A stretch of 64,000 bases of DNA from Alphaproteobacteria bacterium (GCA_964291395.2 OZ219858.1:1152001-1216000); one strand, 5' to 3'. Counted from the stretch's first letter, positions 50,218 to 60,120 are shown. Program-made: numbers and translations. Notes: generated from the sequence alone by a model not told the origin.

Positions 50218-51281
50218 GCCGCCTCGCGCCGAGCGCCGCCTTCGGCCCCGTCCTCCGAGGCCTCTTCGACGACAAGACCGAATCTCTCAGGCCATTTCTC
50301 CTGGGCCCACCCGAGAATTCCCTGCTGGAAGAAGACGATATTGACGATGATGAGGGTACCGAGCGCCACCCACTGCCAGCCCAGCATGTAGGTCCAGGTC
50401 GTCTCCTTGATCAGGTGGAACACCACGGCTCCGAGGATCGGACCCCAGAGCGTACCTTTGCCGCCCAGCAATGCCATGACGACCATGAAAATACCAAAGG
50501 TCACGGTGGGGAAGGCGACCTCCAAAGGCTCGATGAACCCGATCATGTTGCCGAAGAGACCTCCCGAAAGTCCGAGAAAGAACGCCGCCACCGCCCACGC
50601 CGCCGTTTTGTAGCGCAGGGTGTGAAGCCCCATGCCCTCGGCCTTTTCCTCGTCGTCGCGGATGGCATTGATCGCCAGCGCAAAGCGGCCGCGATAAAGC
50701 CACTTGAGGAACACGAACGTGAAGATCGCGAACAAGAAGCAGAGGAAGTAGAAGAGCAGCGCCCGCTCGTCGGGTTCGCCCGGATAGATGGGCACCGTGA
50801 TGCCGCCGCCGCCGCCGAGATAATCCCAGGTGCCGACGAGTTCCCCGGCCGCGATCGCGACGCCGAGCGTGCCAATGGCGAAATAAGGCCCGCGCAGGCC
50901 GAACACCGTCCAGCCGAACAGGACGGCAAACAGGGTCGACCCCACGGCCGCCGCGATCAGGCCCAAGGTCAGACCCGTGAAGTATTGATCCTCGGTGAGC
51001 TCGATCTTGACGGCGCCGAAATGGGCCGTGTACTCCGCGACGTCGTAGTAGAGACCGATCTGGACGACGGCACAGATGTACATGCCGGCGCCGAAGAAGA
51101 AGATGTTGCCGAGCGAGTTGTATCCCATCTGCCCGCCCATGATGTCCCAGGTGAGGGCGAACAGGATCATGATCCACAGCACGGCCAGCTGGAACGTGTA
51201 GTTGGGGAACAGGAAAGGTCCGACGACCCCGAACAGAAGGATGGCGCCGTAACCGGCCACCTTGCGGTCTGGGACCGTCAT
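50214..51281 (-). CDS. Liv-type ABC permease (LivM-like)
   Basis: GYNSLG, LRGPYFAIGTL, AIRDDE, GGKGTLWGPILG; ATG 51281. Confidence 0.9.
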   Translation of the reverse strand: MTVPDRKVAGYGAILLFGVVGPFLFPNYTFQLAVLWIMILFALTWDIMGGQMGYNSLGNIFFFGAGMYICAVVQIGLYYDVAEYTAHFGAVKIELTEDQYFTGLTLGLIAAAVGSTLFAVLFGWTVFGLRGPYFAIGTLGVAIAAGELVGTWDYLGGGGGITVPIYPGEPDERALLFYFLCFLFAIFTFVFLKWLYRGRFALAINAIRDDEEKAEGMGLHTLRYKTAAWAVAAFFLGLSGGLFGNMIGFIEPLEVAFPTVTFGIFMVVMALLGGKGTLWGPILGAVVFHLIKETTWTYMLGWQWVALGTLIIVNIVFFQQGILGWAQEKWPERFGLVVEEASEDGAEGGARREAA

Positions 51282-52258
51282 ATCACCGCCTGCCGATGTC
51301 GGCGCTGCTGCAACTGACGAATGACCAACACCAGGATGAGCATCCCGACCACCAGGGCCTGTTGATACTCTGCGCCAAAGACGAAACCGCCGAACTGCTC
51401 GGTGGCACCGAGTCCGAGCCCCGCCGCGATGACACCCGGCAGGTTCCCGAGACCCGCCGCGGTGACGATGACGAAAGCGCGGATTGAATGTGCCAGACCG
51501 AAATACGGCTGGATCACCCATATCATCGAGATGAGCACGCCGGCGGCGCCGCAGATCGCCGCGTTGAGGGCGAAGGTGAAGGCATAGACGCGGTCGGTAT
51601 CGATGCCCATCACCCGCGCTGCCCTGCGGTCTTGGGCCGTGGCCCGGATGGCCTGGCCCATGCGGCTGTATTTCATGAACACGACCACGATCCCCGCCAG
51701 GATCACGGTCAGGATGAACGAGATCAGTTTAATATCCGCGACCGTTACCAAACCCTCGAAGAGGAAACGCGTGTCGAATCCGGATTCCGCGACCCTGACC
51801 TCCGGGCCGAACAGCAGGTTGAGCAGCTGCTGCAGAACGATCGCCAAGCCGAACGTTGCCAGCAGCGACGTGAACATGTCCCGGTCGACGACGCGGCTGA
51901 CGATGACGCGGTAAATCCACCAGCCGAACCCGAACATCAGAACGATCGCCACCGGCAGGCCGAAGATCGGGTGGATGGCCGGTTTGATGAATTGGACGAA
52001 GGTGATCTCCGGAATCGGAAGCCAAAGGAATCCTTCCGGAATCCCGATCCACACCGGAAGATCGATAGACAGCACGTAGGCGATGTAGCCGCCCATGATG
52101 ACGAAATCGCCCTGGGCCAAGTTCTTGACGTTCATCACCCCCCAGACGAGGGCGAGACCGTAGGCCGCCAGCACGAAAATCGCGCCTATGAACAGCCCGT
52201 CGAGCAACAACTGGATGTTGAGGACGGGTGCTTGAGCGAGCAGCGACAGGTTTGACAT
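51278..52258 (-). CDS. Liv-type ABC permease (LivH-like)
   Basis: GLALVWGVMNVKNLAQG, GQAIRATAQD, GLGNLPG. Confidence 0.9.
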   Translation of the reverse strand: MSNLSLLAQAPVLNIQLLLDGLFIGAIFVLAAYGLALVWGVMNVKNLAQGDFVIMGGYIAYVLSIDLPVWIGIPEGFLWLPIPEITFVQFIKPAIHPIFGLPVAIVLMFGFGWWIYRVIVSRVVDRDMFTSLLATFGLAIVLQQLLNLLFGPEVRVAESGFDTRFLFEGLVTVADIKLISFILTVILAGIVVVFMKYSRMGQAIRATAQDRRAARVMGIDTDRVYAFTFALNAAICGAAGVLISMIWVIQPYFGLAHSIRAFVIVTAAGLGNLPGVIAAGLGLGATEQFGGFVFGAEYQQALVVGMLILVLVIRQLQQRRHRQAVI

Positions 52259-52356
52259 GATCGCCAGTCCGACAGCGCCTTACACGCGGCGCGTCCGCCC
52301 CTGCCGGCCAGCGGGGGCGGACGTCACCACGACTGCTCCAGACCCGCTACCGTGGC

Positions 52357-53607
52357 TTAGCTGCCCGGCACCTTGCGCGGAAACTCGACCGGATGCGACG
52401 CCCACTTGGACGGCGCCACCACGTTCAGCTTCCCGTCCTGGATCTGACGCAACACCATCGGCTTGGCGATGTTGTTGCCGGCTTCCGAGAACTTGATGTT
52501 GCCGTAGAAGGTCGACATGTTGGTTTCGGCAAGGGCCTGCCGCAGCTTCTCCGTATCGAAGCTCTGGGCCCGCTCGAACGCGTCCTTCCACACCATCACG
52601 GCCGCGGAGGCTTGGGCCGCCTGATAGGGCACGTTCTTGTAGCCATCGAACGTGGCCTTGAAGAGCTTGTCGTAATCAGCCGCCGAGCCGAACAGGTCGT
52701 CGCTGTAACTCAGCGTCTCGGCCCATTGCGTCGGGCACAGGAAACCGTCGGTCGCCGCACCGAAGTTCTTGATCACCTTCGCCGACTCGCAGTGAGTCAT
52801 GGCGATCATCGGCACGTCGATCCGCATTTCCTTGATCTGCCGGGCCGCCGTGGCAGCGCCCTTCGAATGTCCGGACACCACCAGAATGTCGGGCTTGACC
52901 GCCTTGACCTTGGTCAGTGTCGCCGACATGTCACTCAAGTCGCGAGGCAGCTTATCGTCGATCACGATCTGCATGCCGTACTTCTTTGCGTCGTCGACCA
53001 CGCCAGCCCGGACGTCGAGTGAGAACGGATCGTTCTCGAACGCCATGGCGAGTTTCACGTCCGACGGCTTACGGCCGTTCTTCTTGGCGATTTCGGCGGC
53101 GAGATCGATCGAGCTTGCGAGGTACTGTTCGGAGGTGGACAACACGGCGAACAGGTACCTGTAGCCCTGCGTGAACAGCGAGCGAGACGCGCCTTCGGCC
53201 TCCACCATCGGGATCTTGTATTTCTCGGTCACAGGCGCGACCGCCTTGGTCAAGCCAGACGAGTACGGGCCCAGCATGAATTTGACGCTATCCTGCTTGA
53301 TCAGGCGTTCGGCAAGCTGAGCGCCACGCGCCGGGGTCGATTCGTCGTCGTAGTACTTGACTTCCAGCTTGTACGACTTGTCGCCAACCTTCACGCCACC
53401 CGCCTTGTTGATCATGTCAACGGCAAGGTTATAGCCGTTCGAAGCATGGATGCCGTTAGTCGAGTATTTGCCGGTAAAGGAGATCGCCGAGCCGAGGACG
53501 ATCTTGTCTCCCTCGACCTTGGCATCCACCGGACCGGCCGTGGCCAGACCGACCGCAAACACGCCGGCTGCGGCGGTGGCCAGGGACACTTGTGGTGAAC
53601 GCTTCAT
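52357..53607 (-). CDS. Liv-type ABC periplasmic substrate-binding protein
   Basis: Signal peptide, SFTGKYS, YDDES, LGPYSSGLT. Confidence 0.9.
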   Translation of the reverse strand: MKRSPQVSLATAAAGVFAVGLATAGPVDAKVEGDKIVLGSAISFTGKYSTNGIHASNGYNLAVDMINKAGGVKVGDKSYKLEVKYYDDESTPARGAQLAERLIKQDSVKFMLGPYSSGLTKAVAPVTEKYKIPMVEAEGASRSLFTQGYRYLFAVLSTSEQYLASSIDLAAEIAKKNGRKPSDVKLAMAFENDPFSLDVRAGVVDDAKKYGMQIVIDDKLPRDLSDMSATLTKVKAVKPDILVVSGHSKGAATAARQIKEMRIDVPMIAMTHCESAKVIKNFGAATDGFLCPTQWAETLSYSDDLFGSAADYDKLFKATFDGYKNVPYQAAQASAAVMVWKDAFERAQSFDTEKLRQALAETNMSTFYGNIKFSEAGNNIAKPMVLRQIQDGKLNVVAPSKWASHPVEFPRKVPGS

Positions 53608-53832
53608 CTTGATTTCCTCCCAAGTTGCCCAGGGTACGTTCCCATCCGCACCTTAATTCGACCTTAACAAGAGTGAGGGCACGAATATCGAAGAATATCC
53701 TATTTTTCTCGGGTAGCGATGGAAAGCGCAATCCGTGGGCCCAAGAGACCCGAAAACAGACCGAAGACCGGTCGGTAGGCCGGCGAGAGAAGCCACAGTC
53801 GATCGGTCCCGGGAAGAGAGGAGGGGAGCGTT

Positions 53833-55030
53833 GTGACGGGAGAGGGGTCGGGCTCGAACGTGAATTCACCCGCCAACCGTTCCGGCGGCCCGCGGGCGCG
53901 GCTCTACACCATCCTCGAGTCGCCGGGAGACCGCGACCCGCTCAACCGGATCGTCGATGTCGGGTTGGTGCTGCTGATCGCCTTGAATGTCGGCGCCGTC
54001 GTTCTCGAAACGGTCGAAACCATCGGGAGGACCTACGCGGAACTCTTTTATGCCTTCGAAGCGCTGTCCGTTCTCGTCTTCACGGCGGAATACGGGCTCC
54101 GGGTCTGGGTGTCCGTCGAAAAGCCACAAGCCGCTCCCATCAAGCCATGCGTGCGGCTCCATGGTGACGCCGCTCTGATTGAGCCCTTCTATCTGGCGAC
54201 GTTTATCGGCATTGATCTCCGCTTCATGCGGCTTTTCCGGCTGCTGCGCATCCTCAAGCTGACGCGACATTCCGCGGCGCTCCATGGTGGGGACGGTAAT
54301 TTATTCGGAACGGCGGGCCTTGACCGCATCCGTGACGGTGATGCTCGTGCTTCTCGTGGTGGCTTCGGGACTCATGTATTTCGCCGAGCGGAGGGCTCAA
54401 CCGGAAGCCTTTGCCAGCATCCCGCACGCCATGTGGTGGGGCGTCGCCACGCTCACGACGGTGGGCTTTGGCGACGTCACGCCCGTCACGCCCGTCGGCA
54501 AGGTGCTCGGAGCCGTCGCGATGCTGCTGGGCATCGGCATGTTCGCCATGCCGGCGGGGATCCTGGCCTCCGGGTTCTCCCAGGAGATCAAGAGCCGTGA
54601 CTTCGTCATCGAGTGGCGGATGGTGGCCAAGGTCCCCGTCTTCGGCCGACTCGAGGCATCGCTGATCGCGGACATCGTCTCGATGCTGAAACCGCAGGTC
54701 GCCATCCAGGGAGAGGTCATCGTGCGGGAAGGCGAGCAAGCGGACTGCATGTATTTCATCGCATCGGGCGAGTGCGAGGTCGACGTCTCACCAAAACCCG
54801 CGGTCCTCGGTCCGGGCGACTTCTTCGGCGCGATCGAATTATTCAAACACGACCGCCGTCACGCCACCGTTCGCGCCCGCACGACATGCCAATTGTTGAT
54901 GCTGACGGGCGACGACTTCGACGATCTGCTCGGGCGTAGCGAAAACCTGAATCAAGCGATCATGCGGATTGTGAACGATTCGCCGAGTCATCAGGGCCAT
55001 CGAAAAATTGGCAACGATGCCAATGAATGA
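53833..55030 (+). pseudogene. Cyclic-nucleotide-gated K+ channel, frameshifted
   Basis: S1-S4 (RLFRLLRILKLTRH) in one frame; S5-pore (WWGVATLTTVGFGD)-S6-cNMP domain in another, break near 54283; S3 region also garbled at about 54150-54185. Confidence 0.8.
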
Positions 55031-55160
55031 TCACCGCACCTGTCACATCACATGGTCGGCCGAAGATGGCGAGCATGTCGGTCTGTCCGCCGAATCTCCG
55101 TCGTTGAGCTGGCTTGCCCTTACCCCTGAAAAGACATTGGCCGGCATCGCTCGATCAGGG
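55023..55160 (+). pseudogene. HicB-like antitoxin N-terminal remnant
   Basis: HITWSAEDGEHVGLSAESPSLSWLALTPEKTLAGI matches the HicB-type N-terminus; C-terminal DNA-binding part and a hicA partner are absent. Confidence 0.65.
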
Positions 55161-55205
55161 CGCGCGGGCTGGACTACGATTCATGAACCGAGCAGGAGGA
55201 TATCA

Positions 55206-55496
55206 ATGCCCAGGATGGCGCTCGCCGTGGAAATACCGGTTCGTCCCGAGCATCGCGACGCCTTCGAGGCCGAGCTTAAAGACCACGCGGCCAAGACGCT
55301 CGCCGGCGAAGAAGGCTGCATGCAATTCGATACCCATGCCTCGCTCGAGGATCCGAACCTGTTCTTCATCTACGAGGTGTACGCGGACGAGAAAGCGCTT
55401 GAAGCGCACCGCGCGAACCCACAGCTCGCCAGCTACCGAGAGGCGACCGCCGACATGGTGATCGAACGTCGGCTCAGGGAATGGTCGGTGCTCTGA
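55206..55496 (+). CDS. Antibiotic biosynthesis monooxygenase (ABM/LsrG-like) protein
   Basis: SD AGGAGG; EEGCMQFD, FFIYEVYADEKALEAH. Confidence 0.88.
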   Translation: MPRMALAVEIPVRPEHRDAFEAELKDHAAKTLAGEEGCMQFDTHASLEDPNLFFIYEVYADEKALEAHRANPQLASYREATADMVIERRLREWSVL

Positions 55497-55512
55497 CGGG
55501 GATGACGAACGG

Positions 55513-56127
55513 TCAGTAGAGCTTGGCGCGGTAGGCCTCTTCGACCGCGGCCTCCGCCACCTCGGGAGATTGCACGCCGGTCTGATCGGCCAGAATGCGC
55601 CCGAGGCTCGGAAAGGACTTGCGGTCGATGTGCCGCTCCGGATCCCAAAGCTTCGAGCGCATCAGCGCTTTGGCGCAGTGCAGGAACGCCTCGTCCACCT
55701 TGACGACGAGACCCGTCCTGGGCTGCTTGCCGTTGACGGAAAGCGGTTCCAGCAGGGAGTCATCCGTAGTGATCGTGGCCTTGCCGTTGACCCGCAACGT
55801 CTCGTTCATGCCCGGCACGAGGAAGATGAGGCTGACGTTGGGGTTCTCGACGATGTTCGACATCGAGTCGACGCGGTTGTTGCCGAGCCGGTCGGGGATC
55901 AACAGGGTTTCGTCGTCGAGCACCTGAACGAACCCCGGCGCATCCCCCTTCGGCGAACAGTCGGCCGAGCCGTCGGCGGCAGCCGTCCCCAGCACGCAGA
56001 ACGGCGAGAGGCCGATAAAGGCGCGGCAGTGCTCATCCAGTCTGGGCAATACTTTGTTGGCGGCGCGTACGTTCGGCTGCCCGTACAAGGTCCGCAGTTC
56101 GGCGGTATCGATGATCCGGTAGCTCAT
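55513..56127 (-). CDS. Pyridoxamine 5'-phosphate oxidase-like FMN-binding protein
   Basis: DCSPKGDAPGFV, PDRLGNNR, ETLRVNG, HCAKALMRSKLW; ATG 56127. Confidence 0.9.
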   Translation of the reverse strand: MSYRIIDTAELRTLYGQPNVRAANKVLPRLDEHCRAFIGLSPFCVLGTAAADGSADCSPKGDAPGFVQVLDDETLLIPDRLGNNRVDSMSNIVENPNVSLIFLVPGMNETLRVNGKATITTDDSLLEPLSVNGKQPRTGLVVKVDEAFLHCAKALMRSKLWDPERHIDRKSFPSLGRILADQTGVQSPEVAEAAVEEAYRAKLY

Positions 56128-56267
56128 CGCTTCGTCTCCTTCCCTGCCAGTATCGCCCAAAACGGTGCAACCGCACAGAGGGGCATCCCCGATGCCGCGC
56201 CACGTTGCGACGATCGAGAGTTTAAGTGCTATGTGGCCCTCTGGTCCGTGTTCCTTTGAGGCCGCAT

Positions 56268-56294
56268 TGTCAATCGACTTTCAAGATTGACCCT
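56268..56294 (+). mobile_element. Solo IS21-family-like terminal repeat
   Basis: TGTCAATCGACTTTCAAGATTGACCC resembles IS21-family ends (from memory of the family consensus); no istA/istB follows. Confidence 0.5.
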
Positions 56295-56495
56295 CTGGGT
56301 GCCTGTTGGCCCACCGGGGTAACCGAGCCGGGCGCGACCAGCCCCGAGGGGCCGCCCTTCGGGCAGATGGTCGCGCGGGTCGGGATTTCGAACGGACCCC
56401 AGGAAGGCCCGCCTGGCGGATCGACGCAGCCCACATCCCCCCGCGCGGTCCGGCGGGGGCGATTTTCGCGTTCGAGGGTTTGAGCCCTTCCTCCG

Positions 56496-57155
56496 CTAGC
56501 ACCCGTCTCGCGGGCCACATGACTCGGGCCGCTCTTCGCGGGCGCGGCCCCACGCGTTCCAGTGTGTCCGGTCGCGGGCGGGGAGGCGTGGCGCCGGACG
56601 GAACTGGTCTCCGGTGAAGTAAGCGATGGGAAGCAAGGCACCTTGCGTCATGCCGTCTGGGATTTCCAGGAGTGTCGCGGCTTCGCGCTCGTAGGTCAGG
56701 TGAAGAGAGGTCCACGCCGAGCCCACCCCTCGAGCGCGAAGCGCCAGCATCAACGACCACGCGGCCGGCAAAATCGACCCGTACATGGTAGCTTGGGCCA
56801 TTGGTGACGCATTCTCCACCCGCCCTTCGATGCACGGGATGACGTGCACGGGAACCTCGTGGAGGTGCTCGGCGAGGTAAGCGGACGACTCGAACACGCC
56901 CTGGCTATAGATCCCGCGCATGCGTTCCAAATGCGCGGCTGCTGCCTTCCTGTAAAGGTCGGCCAACCCCGCACGTTTTGCGGCGTCCGTCACCACAACA
57001 AAATGATACAGCCCCCGATTGCCGCCGTTGGGTGCCTGGAGCGCAATTTCGATACACCGCTCGATGACCTCGGGTTCGACAGGACGCGTTAGATCGAGGC
57101 GCCTGCGGACCGAACGGGTGGTGGTCAGGAGGTGGTCGACGGTGGCGAGGTCCAT
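56496..57155 (-). CDS. Nitroreductase family protein
   Basis: LTTTRSVRRRLD, ALQAPNGGN, SILPAAWSLMLALRARGVGSAWT. Confidence 0.9.
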   Translation of the reverse strand: MDLATVDHLLTTTRSVRRRLDLTRPVEPEVIERCIEIALQAPNGGNRGLYHFVVVTDAAKRAGLADLYRKAAAAHLERMRGIYSQGVFESSAYLAEHLHEVPVHVIPCIEGRVENASPMAQATMYGSILPAAWSLMLALRARGVGSAWTSLHLTYEREAATLLEIPDGMTQGALLPIAYFTGDQFRPAPRLPARDRTHWNAWGRAREERPESCGPRDGC

Positions 57156-57200
57156 ACCGCTTCTTCCCGGCGCTTGGGGTCATTGGTCGCGATCCCTACC

Positions 57201-57316
57201 GGCCGCGCGCGCAGCTCAGGTGGATAGAGCGCCCCGTTGTCGTGTGTGCGGAGAGAATGCCCGTCGCGACTGTATCGGCGGGGAGGTCGCGGGTTCAAGT
57301 CCCGCCGCCGTGTGCC
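57201..57316 (+). ncRNA. tRNA-like element with a 42-nt insert at the anticodon loop (possible degenerate Y RNA/YrlA-type)
   Basis: D arm GCTC-AGGTGGATA-GAGC (57214-57230), stem CCCCG/CGGGG, variable AGGTC, T arm GCGGG-TTCAAGT-CCCGC (57289-57305), bulged acceptor-like stem, no CCA. Confidence 0.7.
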
Positions 57317-57353
57317 GCCCTCACCTTTCCTCGCTGCTACCCGCCCGCCCGCG

Positions 57354-57434
57354 ATGCGGAAGGCGCATCTACAAGAGAAGATAGCGTCGATGCGGGAGCG
57401 CAGGGAGGTGTTGGAGGATCATCGGCGGACGCTA
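57354..57434 (+). pseudogene. Possible IS1182-family transposase internal fragment
   Basis: RKAHLQEKIASMRERREVLEDHRRTL resembles the coiled segment preceding the ISLTDPD motif of IS1182 transposases; the motif itself is absent. Confidence 0.35.
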
Positions 57435-57554
57435 TGGAGGCGGGAGGTTGTTGTTGCTGCTGAACTCGGTCGGCGCCCCGCTCGCTCATATCGAAGTGGC
57501 TGATATCCGAAAATGGTGGATAACGGACCAGGGACGGGCGCCTGAGGGTGGAGC

Positions 57555-57621
57555 TGAAGTGAACGGCCCGCTCGGACAGCTCTATGGCGCGTTGCATGAA
57601 CCGATCCGCTTCCGTGGTCAC
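57555..57621 (-). pseudogene. Nucleoside/guanine deaminase N-terminal remnant
   Basis: SD GGAG plus GTG, then TTEADRFMQRAIELSERA; no HAE or PCxxC motifs follow. Confidence 0.45.
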
Positions 57622-57692
57622 GAGCAGTCTCCGATGATTACTCTTCAGCGGCCAGCGAGGACAGGGCGGCCCAGGGAGTCGGACACGAACAA

Positions 57693-58763
57693 TCACGGAC
57701 TCGAGCCGCCATACTCCAATACCGGATTTCGATAGACGGTGTGGTAGTGTCCCTGGCCGCCGCGGGCACCGCCGCCTGTCGAGAGGAGTTCGATGATCAC
57801 GGTGGGGCCTTGCACGATCATATAGGTAGGGGTGTTTACGTCGTTGGCGCCGGTCCAAGCGAAGGTTGTCCGATCCAGTTCGGCTTCAAGCGCTGCCAGT
57901 CGACGCTGAGCGTTCCTGGAAGGCTGAATCGAGACCCACTGATTTATGGCGGCCAGAAGCAGGCCCTTCTGGTTCGCGGTCATGTCGGCGGCGCTCACGC
58001 CGATCGCCGGAGGGACGACACCGTCTTTGCCGGGGCCGGTGAGCAGCTTGTCGGGCACCTCGCCGGCATCGGCCGAGGCCTTCTGCGCGGCGTCAAGTGC
58101 GTGGTAGAGCGCGTAACCTGCCCGATGCATGTCGACCACTACCTCGTACGCCACTCCGTCGTAGGAGAAGACTGCCGGCTCGGTGCCGATAAAGCTCGGG
58201 GACATGGAGATGATGCGGTTGCCTTCCACGGACAGGTTCAGCGCCAGGTGATGCCCGCCGAATTGCCATCCCCAGGGAGATGTCGCGGATGGGGTGCCAA
58301 AGAATGAGATCCAATAGTTCTCAGGCGACCAACTCCACAATCTGGCCGTCCAGGCATCGCTCAGAAAGGCTTCGGCGACCAGGGCGTCCATGACCCTGCG
58401 ATAGCCCGCCTCGCTGAGCGAGGACGTCAGGAAATCGAAGAGCAGCCTGCGCTGATTGTCCGACAGCTCGCCGATGGACATTCCGGCGCGCTTGACATAC
58501 CTGGCGGGAAGGTTGGACCAGCCCGCGCGCTCCTTGGCGTCGAGGTCGTACATGAGCTGCGCCCTGGTCGCCTCGTCGAAGCTGGCGAGAAACACTTGGG
58601 CGGCCTGCAGCGAGGCTGCGGCGCTGGCCTCGCCAAAAGGCGGATTGTACTCCGGGACCGGCACCAGTTCGGCATGTTCGTGGGTGGGCGCCTCATGCGC
58701 CAGACAAGGCAGAGCCAAGCTAAGCGCCAAAACCACCACAGCCAGGTACTGCAGTGTTTTCAC
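57693..58763 (-). CDS. DUF3500 domain exported protein
   Basis: Signal peptide, WSNLP, FGTPS...WGWQFGGHHLALN, HYHTVYR. Confidence 0.85.
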   Translation of the reverse strand: MKTLQYLAVVVLALSLALPCLAHEAPTHEHAELVPVPEYNPPFGEASAAASLQAAQVFLASFDEATRAQLMYDLDAKERAGWSNLPARYVKRAGMSIGELSDNQRRLLFDFLTSSLSEAGYRRVMDALVAEAFLSDAWTARLWSWSPENYWISFFGTPSATSPWGWQFGGHHLALNLSVEGNRIISMSPSFIGTEPAVFSYDGVAYEVVVDMHRAGYALYHALDAAQKASADAGEVPDKLLTGPGKDGVVPPAIGVSAADMTANQKGLLLAAINQWVSIQPSRNAQRRLAALEAELDRTTFAWTGANDVNTPTYMIVQGPTVIIELLSTGGGARGGQGHYHTVYRNPVLEYGGSSP

Positions 58764-58891
58764 GAGAGTTCCTCCCTTTGTGCGGGTTTTCGGTGAGAGG
58801 CCGTCACAGGATCTGAAGAACTACAATCTCGACCCACACCGGAAAGATAACCCACAGGATGTACCAGCCGCGCGTTTCTCCTCCAACCAGG

Positions 58892-59190
58892 CTACATCTC
58901 GAGCAGCTTTTGGCCCGCCTTAGTCGGCGTGCCGTCCCGCATCACGTACATGTAGAGAAGGGACCGCGACACGCCGAGATGCTGCGCGAGAGCCTGGACG
59001 TCAGTCTCGCGGTCGGCCATGGCGCTCATCGCGATGCGCATCATCGCCTGGTCCATCTTGCGCGGCCGCCCGCCTGCGCGACCGCAAGCCCGGCTCTGGT
59101 GCGCTCGGCAATGAGCTCGCGCTCGAACTCGGCGAGCGACGCGAAAATCCCGAACACGAGCCGGCCGTTCGCTGTCGTGGTGTCGATCAG
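58892..59190 (-). pseudogene. Serine resolvase/invertase remnant
   Basis: IDTTTANGRLVFGIFASLAEFERELIAERTRAGL in one frame, then GGRPRKM...HTH in another; catalytic N-terminus missing. Confidence 0.85.
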
Positions 59191-59333
59191 AGCTCACGGC
59201 GGGTCCTGGCCGATACCCGCGGCTCGTGAAACAGAATGGCCAAAAGTGTTCGAGGCCTACAGGAGGCCTCCGGACGATTGCCCCCTGCCGCCCGGTCATT
59301 CGTCATGACAGACGGGATGCCGGTCTTACAAGA

Positions 59334-59672
59334 TCAGGCGCCGAGAGAAGCAAGCGCCTCGGTCCTGGACGGATGAATGGAGATGATCCGGTCGAAACCG
59401 CTGATCTTGAAAACCTCCCGAAGCTCATCCGACAAGGCGCAGAGCGCGAACCGGGCATCCCGACTTACAACCCTCCTGGCGATCAGGAGGACGACGCGGA
59501 GACCCGAGCTGCTGATGTAGGAAAGATTCCCGAAATCCATCATCACGCCGCGGTCGTTTTCCTCGATCGCGGCTCTGGCCGTTTCCTCGAACGCCGCGGC
59601 GTTGGAACCGTCGACGCGTCCGCTCACCAGGAGCGACAAGATGTCGTCCTGCCGGTCTGTTTCAATTTCCAT
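59334..59672 (-). CDS. STAS domain anti-sigma-factor antagonist
   Basis: SGRVDG, LSYISSSGLRVVL, VFKISGFDRII; ATG 59672. Confidence 0.9.
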   Translation of the reverse strand: MEIETDRQDDILSLLVSGRVDGSNAAAFEETARAAIEENDRGVMMDFGNLSYISSSGLRVVLLIARRVVSRDARFALCALSDELREVFKISGFDRIISIHPSRTEALASLGA

Positions 59673-59695
59673 CGCTTTGCTTCTCCCCAGTTCTG

Positions 59696-59941
59696 TCAGC
59701 CGCCCTCCACGGGGGTATCCGGCACCCGTCGCGGCTTCCTGAGGAAGGGCGGCAGGTCGAGCGGATGAGCCACGTCGCTTCCGAACGGTGAATTTCTCCA
59801 ATGCCGCCAGTAGACCTCGCGCTCTTCCGGCGTCATCCGCTCCGGCGCCCCACAAGTCTCCATGGGCATTTTCTTCCGCCCACGGCGGCTGACGGCGACC
59901 CCGCGGGTCGCGATCTCGCAGTTCATGTCTGTGCCGCTCAC
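59696..59941 (-). CDS. Small hypothetical protein
   Basis: 81-aa ORF with SD GAGGAGG and GTGA overlap with the upstream ORF; fills the gap in a co-oriented cluster. Confidence 0.4.
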   Translation of the reverse strand: MSGTDMNCEIATRGVAVSRRGRKKMPMETCGAPERMTPEEREVYWRHWRNSPFGSDVAHPLDLPPFLRKPRRVPDTPVEGG

Positions 59942-60120
59942 CGCGCCTCCTCGACCTCTGGAGGATCTCCACCGGCCCGACCTTCGCTCTCCCCGGACTT
60001 GCCTCCGACCGCCTGCGGTTTCCGTTTCCGGGCCCGGGCTTCCAGCCGCGCCGCCTTCTTCTCGGCTTTCGCGAGTTCCCGCTGGCGCTTTTCGAAACTG
60101 TAGTTCGACCTTCGGGGCAA
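59938..60120 (-). CDS. Small basic protein
   Basis: SD GAGGAG, TTG start; NYSFEKRQRELAKAEKKAAR, Lys/Arg-rich. Confidence 0.65.
   Translation of the reverse strand: MPRRSNYSFEKRQRELAKAEKKAARLEARARKRKPQAVGGKSGESEGRAGGDPPEVEEAR

Noticed and set aside
56300-56490. Possible VOC/glyoxalase fragment (GPFEIP...) on the minus strand
   Set aside because: Similarity limited to a few residues.
57201-57316. Functional tRNA, or tRNA with a group I intron
   Set aside because: No 7-nt anticodon loop, C at position 8, bulged acceptor stem, and the insert is far too short for a self-splicing intron.
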